This document shows, one piece after another, positions 52,817 to 64,000 of a DNA stretch of 64,000 nt; the stretch's first letter is position 1; each line of letters opens with the position of its first letter. A program made the position numbers and the translations under genes. Source of the DNA: Lingula anatina (taxonomy: Eukaryota; Animalia; Brachiopoda); assembly GCA_051362555.1 (NCBI GenBank), contig CM120644.1, forward strand, positions 14,344,534 to 14,408,533. Reading direction: 5' to 3'. Below the pieces are notes generated by a model. The model did not search any database and had not been told where the DNA came from. It worked only from the letters and a program-made list of their open reading frames with translations.

Positions 52817-53242
52817 GTGGGTCGAGTCCATTCGATTTGAGGGGTGACAGGTGGGACGAGTCCATTCCATTTGAGGGGTGACAGGTGGGGCGAGTCCATT
52901 TCATCTTAGGGGTGACAGGTGGGGCGAGTCCATTTCATCTGAGGGGTGACAGGTGGGGCGAGTCCATTTCATCATAGGGGTGACAGGTGGGGCGAGTCCA
53001 TTTCATCTTAGGGGTGACAGGTGGGGCGAGTCCATTCCATCTGAGGGGTGACAGGTGGGACGAGTCCATTCCATTTGAGGGGTGACAGGTGGGGCGAGTC
53101 CATTCGATTTGAGGGGTGACAGGTGGGGCGAGTCCATTTCATCTGAGGGGTGACAGGTGGGACAAGTCCATTTCATCTAAGGGGTGACAGGTGGGACAAG
53201 TCCATTCGATTTGAGGGGTGACAGGTGGGGCGAGTCCATTTC
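52817..53242. repeat. 34-bp G-rich minisatellite, ~12.5 copies
   Basis: Unit GAGTCCATTYSATYTGAGGGGTGACAGGTGGGRC; GAGTCC at 52824 and 53232 (408 bp = 12 x 34). Confidence 0.97.
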
Positions 53243-54898
53243 TTTATATCAAAGGATCAATTTATTTTAATTATGATTTTAATGAGACATTTTCAAACAT
53301 ATCAGAATATGCAGTTCTAAGTTTTGGGTGGAGGAGCAAATTTCATTGTTCCAATTTCAAAAGTGTGTCAAGATCTCTTATATTTCCGTTTTAATTTAAA
53401 ATTGAAGCGTTCGTTTGATGAGAAGGTCGTGAAATTTGAAACAATTTTCTCTAGCAAACCAAAACCCTTAGAATATGGACTTATATTAAATTAAGAAAAT
53501 TTTATCTGGGAGGATGAACTAATTTATAAATAGATATTAAAAAACCCGTCTCACTATAAAAAATGTAGGACAGATTTTTAAAAAAGCAATATCGTAAATT
53601 CATACAAATTGTATTTATAAATGTGGGCTGTTGGAAATCCTGTAGATGTATTCTTAAAATGCTCTCAATTATTTACAAAATACTGGGCATATTAACAAAA
53701 CTTTTAATCCTTTCGATTTACGACATCCTCTGTTACTGGAGAAATCATCAATCCCAAACACAATGCTTACAGATCAGTTTTAGCAGATTTAATTTGAAAG
53801 TGCTCAAACAATAATATCTTTACAATTTTACCCCTAACCCTCTATTATTATTATTATTAATATTTTATCATCATTTCATATGGAAGTGAATAAGAACACA
53901 AGGAATGACAAACGTATTTATTCAATTTTAAAACAAAAGATGCATGGATGTGCGTAGGGTTCCAGAGGGTGAATGACAGGCTTGGTTGCTAGCAGCCAGG
54001 TGCCGTGCAGTTCTCAGTATCTCAGTGGACTTCTGAAATAAGAAGGTAATGTTAACAATATCTGACTTGTCCATAGTTCAGGCTCAGATAGCACCCCAAA
54101 AAAGCAATCGATTCTATGTTGCCTAACGCCACATTTAAGACCTGAAGTTAGTAATAAAGATATTTCAGATATCTTGCTTTGAAAAAAAAAATATATTGAA
54201 AACACTCCTCTAGTTTGTGTAGGTTATCACTATTTATTTATTTTACCTACTATATAAAGTTGTAATATCTAAAATCGCTTTGCATCACGCGTTTGGGAAC
54301 CATATTTCGCTTTAGAATAAATCATTTCCCCGTGTTTCAACACTGCTTACAAGCATTTTACAGGTACATGTATAATGAAATTAACAAACCTACTAAAACT
54401 GACTATCGTTCATTGTCTTAGGATCAAAAGCTCGGAACTGTGACAAGTACGGTACCATCATGTAAATATGTCCGTGATCTTTGTGGTAATATGCCCATTT
54501 ACTAATTTGCTAAATAATATTTTGAGTGGCATAACAGAAACGACAGGCGACAGCGACAACAAAGAGTAGTAACATACCCGTAAATACTCGTCGCAAATTT
54601 CTTTGCATTTTTCTACTCTCTTTCTATCAACTGACATACGATACTGAAGAAAAAGTGCTACTTACGAAACATGCATTTGCTTCTACGCCTCATACGACTG
54701 CGTTGCGACTGCACCCGCACGTTGAACATTGCGTCTTCACCTAGCTGTGTCCTACTGCCTACTGAGCATTCGGAAATACAGCTCGCACTACGATGAGCAA
54801 GTAATTGTTATGCAAATTACAGACAGGCATGGCTCATTTCAGGCGAGGGACTGTGGTTGAAACTGTTCACGAATGTTCACGGTCTAATACATGTACAT

Positions 54899-55170
54899 GG
54901 CGGATAAAGAGGGGGTGTCAGGGGGGATCCAGACCCCCTCCTCCCTTCGATTTCTGATAAAAAAATTACACCCAAAATCTATAGCTGAATAATAGTTATA
55001 AACCGTATCAAATGGAGATATTTTCCCTCTAAAACACCCTTTTTCGTGGCCCTCGAGCGTGCCCCAAACATAACTCCAAAGGGGTGAGGGTCGGCCTTGC
55101 ACTCCGAGGCCTTGTCAATCCGTAAAAAAAAACACCACCACCCTTCCAAAAAATCCTGGATCCGCCCCAG
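54899..55170. mobile_element. MITE-like element (GGCGGAT...ATCCGCC family)
   Basis: Inverted GGCGGAT / ATCCGCCCC ends. ATGTACAT flanks both sides (possible 8-bp TSD). Interior similar to 58586-58803. Confidence 0.55.
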
Positions 55171-55399
55171 ATGTACATGTGGATTTGACTTATTCATTCA
55201 CACATTAATTGATCAATAAGACCACGGGCGCTAATATACATGTATATTCCATAATACTGTAAAATGTATTCATAAATTACTGTTGTACGCGCACCGATAC
55301 TCCCCCTCGTCGTTATACAATTTTCATACATAACTGTCATTGTAACTCAACGATATTATATTTAAAATAGGCCATGTAAATTTGAAAAGCTGTAGCTAG

Positions 55400-57965
55400 G
55401 ATCGAGGCCTACCAATGAAATCTAAATATTTTCAAGAACTTTTACTGGGCATAAATACGATTTAACCCGATTTATCAAAAGCCAATTGCCACCTCTATAT
55501 CTCGACTTTTCAATAAGAAACTAGGTAGCATCTAAAAGCTTAAAGCTTCAAAAATTTTGAGACCATAACAGAGTCAGCCAAGGGCACGTTTCGGTGCCAC
55601 ATTTGATTACGTCATGATGGATATTTACAGGTGAAGGACCAGAACAGTCTGTCGGAAACAATATAGAAACAAGGAGTCTGTTGTAACTCATTGGTAGAAA
55701 TAAGAGACTGAATTTGATCTGAGGACCAGGATAGATCCGTAAATGACGCGTGTCCCATTCACTGTTCCTGAATTCTAAAATCTAGAGTAAAAATATGTAC
55801 TTTAGCATTGTAGCAGGACGTTAACCAATCCACTTCATGAGGACCCCATATCTTATCAAAATGTGAGAATAATTCTTTAGAAATACCCCAATTGTCAACA
55901 TCCACACTTCTACTTATATAATCTGCATGGGTATTCTCTTCTCTCAGTATCCTTTCATTTCTATTGAATAACTCCATTAGAAGAAAAACATCAAAAATAA
56001 TAGGTTGTAATTTACTCCTCATGCTACTTTTTTCTTTAATGTTTACAACATCTTTGCTATCAGAAAACCACTTCAATCTCAAAACACTCAACGTGTTTGC
56101 CATGGAGAACAGGACCCTGAAAACAGCTATCAGTTCTCTGTAAGTAGAGCTCTCCGTCGCTTCGTCAGCTGACCATTCCCCGCAACACACCCTTTTAGGT
56201 GTCTCCACACAATATCCTCCAAACCCAGTACTACTAGCATCAGAATAAACTACCTTATTGCACTGAGGTGAAAACTGTAAAATTCTGATTTACTACACCA
56301 AGGTCTAATTTGACTGCATGCTTTCACACACATTTTCTGATTCTAAGAAAAAGCACTTGAAATAACCATGCTAATATAATTTGTCATTAGTTGTTTTACA
56401 CTTCCCAACACATGAGACATAGTATAATCCGACCGACATAGCCAGACCTCTGCTCACTTTCGTGTGAATATAATGTCAGATCTCTTAGCACTTGCTAATC
56501 TAATATCAAGAACTTTGATTTCCCCAATACTAATATCTATTTCGATGCCTATAAATGCCAGACTCTGTACCTACGACCAAATAGTATTCTCATATATTTA
56601 CATAAAACCTGACTTAGCAATATCATCTTTGATCTCAGCACCCTGATGCTCCAATCTATCTATGTTACTGCAGTACCACAGACCGTCATCCAATTACATC
56701 GAACCATTCTTTGATTAATTGCCAAGTCAATTTTGAAAAAAAATATTAAGTGCTAATGATAACCCAAATGGAAGAACTAAGAATCAAAAATAAATCTGCT
56801 GATCTTGAATTTTCCATGAAAAACCTCAATAATCCGTATGAGGATAATGGATATCTAGATGTTGATTAGCTGAATCAAATTTAATCAACCAACCACACAG
56901 TTTCATAAACATAAGAGCCGTTCTCAAATGTCCGTAACTACCAGACTGCTTACGGACATGTTTGTTTACTTCTCGTACATCTAAAATCAATCTATTTTTT
57001 TCACTGCTATGCACTGCTTCTGTTTAAGGGTTATCAACAATTGGTTGTTTGCTACACCTTTTAATCAAACGCATCTTTTTCAATTCAAGAATAGCTTTTT
57101 AACAAAAAACTTATTTTTCAATGGTGAAAGCTGTTATCTTTCCTCATCCCACAGGGTGTTGCTATAAACGGAAATTTATAACCATTTTTATCAAGTCTAG
57201 AATAAAAAATGAATACCCTACTTCTTCCCAAAAACTTAAATTGGTTCTTAACCTACTTTTCACGGGTATGAATTTCTGATTTTGCTCATGTTCATAATTA
57301 TGCAACTCTTGATTGAAACTAACGCACTCATACATGTACCGGGTACTTATCTATTTTTCAATGCTTTCGCCTTCTATCCCATTCCAGATGTTCCCTTATC
57401 TCTGGGGTTGGACTCTGGTAGAATAACTTTCCCCTCTGTAAGTTGGTCACTCAAGCATGAAATGGCCCTTTCCTCAACAAGCTAAGCAAAGTCACGACCC
57501 GCTGCTGCGATAAAGACTTCTCCGCTGAGAAGTATCGCCACACCTATCGGTCGGTCTGCTGATATAACCTTTTTTTTTTTTTTGGCTCCCTTTTTGTTTT
57601 CTTTTATTTTCTTTGTAGCTCTCTCGCTCTCAGAATCACAAGCAAGAGGATTAACAGTATGTTCCTTAACAGTGTCGAAAGTGTCAGCAATTCTGATAAG
57701 TTTGTTTCTCTTGCCAAGACTGTAAGGCACTGTCAGTTTGTTCACCACAATAATCTTATTTTCAAATACTGTTGAGTCAAATTGCTGGTGATTACCTTCT
57801 ATTTTCCAAGATAAATATTGTCGACTTTCAGTTTTTACCGGCTTCGGCATTAAAAGTAGACAGTCTATGGTCGAAATAGTCTTTCGCCTCTTTCTTTTTA
57901 CTTTCAATTTTTTTCATTACATCAGCCAAGGTAAAGTGTTCGCTTCCACTGGACTCATCAACCAT
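55400..57965 (-). pseudogene. Second degenerate DIRS-order (PAT-like) retrotransposon: gag-like, RT, RNase H, downstream MT-like region and YR fragment
   Basis: Gag-like: KRNKLIRIAD...NPLACDSE. RT: KNRLILDVREVNKHV...IKFD..HLDI. RNase H: YSDASSTGFGGY...WSADEATESSTYREL...KWFSDS. REENTHADYISR, WGPHEVD. YR middle FLIEKS..RGGNWLLI...LCPVKVLE at ~55430-55520. Many stops and frameshifts. Confidence 0.85.
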
Positions 57966-58585
57966 GTCGTCTACGGAGTCGTAATCATAAGCGTGTTAAC
58001 AGTACCGTGTCAATCGCCTAAATGACACGAAAACTCCCCTACCATAATCCCGCCCTCTTCTGGCGTGTCATAACCAGAGAGAAATTAATTTCACTTTAAT
58101 TCCTCTCGTCAACCGATTGAAATTATATTTATATTGACTCGCTACATCGAGCTGTACGTGACGCAGTTTAGATGGTACAGGACAAAAGATTTGTGCCAGT
58201 GGTGGATTTAGGAGGGTCGGTGGGGGCGGGGGGGGGGGGGGAGTTTCGATTCCGACTGAATTTTTATAAATATAATGTACATTTTTTTTTTTAGAAAATC
58301 GAACTCCCCTACACTCGATAAAGTCAGGTTTGCTTATTTCTCAAATTCGTTCCAAGGGTTCGTTACTACTCCACTCGTTTAATTCAATAGATCAGGTGAT
58401 GGTCGTCGGCGTAACACTGATTACTGTCTCATAAACAAAGGTGGCTGACCGTGATTCTTACTTCGCGTTAAAGGGTAGGTACTTTAATATTTATAAAACT
58501 TAAGTTTAAAGCTTAAATGCACAACCTATGACACAAATGCCAGATATGTAATTAACCTGTGTCCACCGAGGTCCATTGGTAGTTG

Positions 58586-58803
58586 CAATGGCGGATTGGG
58601 AGGGGGGGGGGGGTCAGGGGGTCCTGACCTCCTCCCCTTCAGTTTCTAAAAATAATCACACCGATGGTCCCCTCATGAAATAAGTATTTTCTCTAGCCGA
58701 ATCATAGTTCTAAAAAGTACTAAATAGCACCGTTCGCCCTCTAAGATAAGGGTCGGTTTTGCATCCGTGGACCCCCCTTCAAATAATCCTGGTCCCGCCC
58801 CTG
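58586..58803. mobile_element. MITE-like element, same family as 54899-55170
   Basis: CAATGGCGGATT...GGTCCCGCCCCTG ends; shared interior TAGC(C/T)GAAT.ATAGTT.TAAA...CCCTCTAA. Confidence 0.55.
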
Positions 58804-61330
58804 GGTTGGTCGCCCTTGTAACCTACAGCAGGTAAGTGATTCTTGCTATTGTCTGTTTTTGATAATCGCCTAAGATATCAATCAAGTTGTTGTATTTGTA
58901 GCGGCAAAAGGTTTCAATCTAACGCTCTTAATGGCTAAAATTAATCTGCAAACCACGTGCACTTAGTACAACTGGAAATTTTAAAAGGTGGCGATTTTAT
59001 AATGAGCCGCGCAACTTTGCAACTTTTCTATCTCCAAAACTAGCAGAGATATGCCCATAATCACTATTGAACTTGAATAGGCAGTCATATGCTGACAATC
59101 TGTGTTCTTGAAATTGAGCTTTGACCTACTTTTTGCCATGAACTGCACTTCACAAATTTGAATTTAAACTTTTACTTTTCCTCATGATTTTGTTTTAAAT
59201 GGTAATTTTCAACAAAACTATTTAGAACTTTTGCTTACTGCATGTAGAGCTTGTCCAGCACAACACTGGAGGTGGTGTCCCTTTTTTCACTTTTCTATAC
59301 GAATGAGCTTACTCCAGCTGGTGGTACAATACCCTCAGGCGGTATCACCTCTCTGATCCTCTAGTTTTCATGGTTTTTCAAATTCATGCTTCATTTGACA
59401 AGATAAAGTGGCGTAATAAACAAAGCATTTTGTCCTGTCACACAAGTATGTTATTGCTTTTTAACCTCATTCACGGATCGTTGTGGAAATGAAATTAGGG
59501 GGTGTGAAAAATACATGGTTACCTAGAAATTCAGTGTTCTGACCAGGCTTTCACTTACTGCCTACCAGCTTGCTGCTTACTTTTTTCGTTTTTCTTACAT
59601 TTTAGTTAAACATGTTTCAAACAACAAAAGCTCTAGATATTATAAAGGTTTGACAAACATTTTATTTCGAAACTTGTACATGTACCAGTTAAGTTTCCGT
59701 TTTGCTGATTATGTGACCATCTCCATAAATAGAATAGGCCTGCATTGGTGCACATGGACGCGGTCGCAAATTACAGTGGAATGCTTTTTTTTTCGAACAA
59801 AATTAATACACATTGCTAAGTTTAACTAGAAAAGCAAATATATAAATGGGCATTCAAGGTGTGTTTACATTATCGCTAGTAGAGTCCGAATTACTGGTTG
59901 CCTATGTGTGGACGAAAACCGCAGTGAGCCATCCTGAAGTATGTATAATTTCTTTATTTAGTATTCTTTACTGAGAAATGGACCATGTAATGCTAAATGC
60001 CATCGAACTCCTTTTGATTTTTTCCTTCAGCTGCCTTCAAATAGTGCCTGTACCCCCTACATCTAAACAGCCATACCCAAGTATGTCGTGAGATCATCTT
60101 AGATGTACATGTAGTCTGACAAGCGACTTTGCGGCATAAATCTTGCATTACTAATCATCATGCATCGTTATTTTATTTGATTTAATTTTAATGAATATTA
60201 ATTCAATTAATTTATTCAATGTTAAAAATGAACCGTTCCGTCCACGTAGAAGCGGGGTCAATAAAAACTAACCACCTAGTCTTCGAAATCCTGGATTCGC
60301 CCCTGAGAGCTGTTCGTTATTGATTTCTTAATATACTGGGCATCCAGACAAAGTTGTTCATTTAACTAATATGCTGACAAAATCACATTACCTCATAAAG
60401 ACCCAAAATAACAACATTGTGCTTTTAACCCAAAACTTGGGAAATCTGCCAAATTTGCGTAAGCACCCTCAAGTGGAAATAGCAAAAAAATAAATAAATA
60501 AATAAATAATGATAATAATTAATCAATGAATGTTCATTCATTTCTCATTATTGCCAAAAATACAAAATGTGGAAATCTTTTCAGAGTTTTTGTTCACAAG
60601 GAAGTATCAGTTCATAAAAAATGCACACTCAAAGTTAATTAAGCCTTCTCTAATAATTGCAATAGTCGTTTTTCTAATTTCCAAAAAGAGATTTCAACAT
60701 GATTTTAATGCATGGACTTATGGCTGTTTTTTTCTTTTTAACTTCCAGATTAAGCTGCTGGTTTGTACTTTCTATACCAAGGGTTTGAAGACCCACTATG
60801 CAAGTACCAGAACCTGCTATAGACAGTTGTCTTGGAGCCTCCAGAACACTTGCAATCCATATCCCTATCATCAAGGGGTCATTTCTTCGATGACATGCTG
60901 CGGCGTGGGGCGAGTACCTTAAAGACTTTGATGCTTTTGGACCTTTAATATATTGTCCATACTGACTTACATCATACTAGTCCTTGGAAGGCTTGGAATA
61001 CTTGATTTGACCCATTGACACCGGTTTGCAAAGCTAAGACCATTTCTGCTTAATTTGACTGATGACTTGTAAAGCACTCTTCAAACTCTTTGGTGCTCCT
61101 GTGCTGTAAGTAACAGGATTCGTTTGATAGCACAGGCAAGGTGTCTAGGGAACAGTAATGGCTGCTGAAATTGCTGGAATAAAAAAGACAGACAAACTGA
61201 AAACTTTTGTTCTAGGTTTTAAAAAACTGATACGGTAATTATTTTAAAAAAGGACTATGTATATAGGAAAGGCATCATAAAATTCGATAAATTAAAGATA
61301 AAATAATAATATAGCAGGAATCTGTATACA

Positions 61331-64000
61331 TAGTTTTTGCTTTATTTCTTCCATAATGTTGACACCACCACTCTTCAAGCATTTTATGCTTACTACAAAT
61401 GACCAAACACACCAACCTGACACTATAATGAAAAAAACATTTTTTTCATCCCTACCTGGCCAAAATTGAAGAAATCTCACATGGCTGGCACTTATGAAAA
61501 TCACTCAAAAAAAAAAAAAAAATGTCATGAAAATCAATCTATCACACCTATCATTAATAAAAAATGTGGAAATACGCCCGGGTCACTTCATCAAGGCCCC
61601 CAATTCTATCTTTAAAGATGATCCAGAAATAAGCTCCGAGATCAGAATCGGAGATGGGGGGAGACAGAGTTTTTGTTCTATGTCTTCCTTAATGTTGACA
61701 CCACCACTCTTCCAGCACTTTATTCTTACTACAAATGACCGAACACACCTACCTGACACTATAATGAAGAAAAAAAAAATTTCATCCCTACCTGGCCAAA
61801 ATTGAAGAAATCTCAAAGTGCCAGCACTGTTCAAAATCACTCAAAATCACCAAAAATCGACCCGTCTCCGATTTTTCCAAAAAGTGACGAAAATCAATCT
61901 ACCACACCTGTCATTTATAAAAAATGTGGAAACGCGCCCGGGTCACTTCATCAAGGCCCCAAATTCTAGCTTTAAAGATGATCCAAAAATAAGCTCTGAG
62001 AACAGAATCTGAGAGGGAGGGGGAGAGACAGAGTTTTTGCTCTATTTCTTCCTTAATGTTGACACCACCACTCTTCCAGCACTTTATTCTTACTACAAAT
62101 GACCGAACACACCTACCTGATACTATAATGAAGAAAAAAAATTTCATCCCTACCTGGCCAAAATTGAAGAAATCTCACAGTGCCGGCACTGTTCAAAATC
62201 ACTCAAAATCACCAAAAATCGACCCGTCTCCGATTTTTCCAAAAAGTGACGAAAATCAATCTACCACACCTGTCATTCATAAAAAATGTGGAAACGCGCC
62301 CGGGTCACTTCATCAAGGCCCCCAATTCTAGCTTTAAAAATGATCCAAAAATAAGCTCTGGGAACAGAATCTGAGAGGGGGGGGGGAGAGACAGAGTTTT
62401 TGCTCTATTTCTTCCTTAATGTTGACACCACCACTCTTCCAGCACTTTATTCTTACTACAAATGACCGAACACACCTACCTGACACTATAATGAAGAAAA
62501 AAAAATTTCATACCTACCTGGCCAAAATTGAAGAAATCTCACAGTGCCGACACTGTTCACCAAAAATCGACCTGTCTCCGATTTTTCCAAAAAGTGACGA
62601 AAATCAATCTACCACACCTGTCATTCATCAAAAATGTGGAAACGCGCCCGGGTCACTTCATCAAGGCCCCCAATTCTAGCTTTAAAGATGATCCAAAAAT
62701 AAGCTCTGAGAACAGAATCTGAGAGGGGGGGGGGAGAGAGATTTTGCTCTATTTCTTCCTTAATGTTGACACCACCACTCTTCCAGCACTTTATTCTTAC
62801 TACAAATGACCGAACACACCTACCTGACACTATAATGAAGAAAAAAAATTTTCATCCCTACCTGACCAAAACTGAAGAAATCTCACAGTGCCGGCACTGT
62901 TCAAAATCACTCAAAATCACCAAAAAATCGACCCGTCTCCGATTTTTCCAAAAAGTGACGAAAATATATCTACCACACCTGTCATTCATAAAAAATGTGG
63001 AAACGCGCCCGGGTCACTTCATCAAGGCCCCCAATTCTAGCTTTAAAGATGATCCAAAAATAAGCCCTGAGAACAGAATCTGAGAGGGGGGGGGGGGAGA
63101 GAGAGTTTTTGCTCTATTTCTTCCTTAATGATGACACCACCACTCTTCCAGCACTTTATTCTTACTACAAATGACCGAACACACCTACCTGACACTATAA
63201 TGAAGAAAAAAATTTTCATCCTGGCCAAAACTGAAGAAATCTCACAGTGCCGGCACTGTTCAAAATCACTCAAAATCACCAAAAATCGACCCGTCTCCGA
63301 TTTTTCCAAAAAGTGACGAAAATCAATCCACCACACCTGTCATTTATCAAAAATGTGGAAACGCGCACGGGTCACTTCATCAAGGACCCCAATTCTAGCT
63401 TTAAAGATGATCCAAAAATAAGCTCTGAGAACAGAATCTGAGAGGGGGGGGGAGAGAGAGAGTTTTTGCTCTATTTCTTCCTTAATGTTGACACCACCAC
63501 TCTTCCAGCACTTTATTCTTACTACAAATGACCGAACACACCTACCTGACTCTATAATGAAGAAAAAAATTTTCATCCCTACCTGGCCAAAATTGAAGAA
63601 ATCTCACAGTGCCGGCACTGTTCAAAATCACTCAAAACCACCAAAAATCGACCCGTCTCCAATTTTTCCAAAAAGTGACGAAAATCAATCTACCACACCT
63701 GTCATTCATCAAAAATGTGGAAACGCGCCCGGGTCACTTCATCAAGGCCCCCAATTCTAGCTTTAAAGATGATCCAAAAATAAGCTCTGAGAACAGAATC
63801 TGAGAGGGGGGGGGGAGAGACAGAGTTTTTGCTCTATTTCTTCCTTAATGTTGACACCACCACTCTTCCAGCACTTTATTCTTACTACAAATGACCGAAC
63901 ACACCTACCTGATACTATAATGAAGAAAAAAAATTTCATCCCTACCTGGCCAAAATTGAAGAAATCTCACAGTGCCGGCACTGTTCAAAATCACTCAAAA
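61331..64000. repeat. Diverged block of the same 363-bp satellite, same orientation, ~7 monomers; continues off the right edge
   Basis: First monomer heavily mutated, later ones closer to consensus, each with private substitutions and indels (e.g. deletions near 62556 and 63220); no TATA insertion. Confidence 0.97.

Noticed and set aside
52817-53242. CRISPR-like array
   Set aside because: No unique spacers (only point variants in a contiguous 34-bp unit), no cas genes, eukaryotic context.
60530-61180. Possible host exon(s) before the right satellite block
   Set aside because: Splice-like borders exist, but the frames I translated have stops and no recognisable protein motif.

Overview
Eukaryotic repeat-rich DNA, probably from a marine invertebrate (inferred from the element types). 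No host protein gene is recognisable. About 40 kb is a very homogeneous ~363/367-bp tandem satellite (1-27171, 33599-43645, and a more diverged block at ~61331-64000); all the repeated 60-106 aa ORFs are by-products of it. A full-length minus-strand BEL/Pao LTR retrotransposon (27172-33598) interrupts the array. It has identical 464-bp LTRs and a 5-bp AACAG target-site duplication (TSD), yet four ORF-breaking lesions and no canonical primer-binding site (PBS). A ~17.7-kb non-satellite island (43646-61330) holds a Kolobok-like transposase relic, two DIRS/PAT-like relics, MITE pieces, a 34-bp minisatellite and a 3.2-kb TIR element with a 9-bp TSD. The most notable item is nested in that TIR element: a 327-bp miniature LTR retrotransposon (TRIM, 51990-52316). 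Each of its two LTRs carries a complete tRNA-like cloverleaf/Pol III promoter, and it has a tRNA-Leu PBS, a polypurine tract (PPT) and a 4-bp TSD (Helenus/TRIMp3-type architecture). The only two substitutions between its LTRs form a compensatory base pair. All calls were made by eye; no searches were run.
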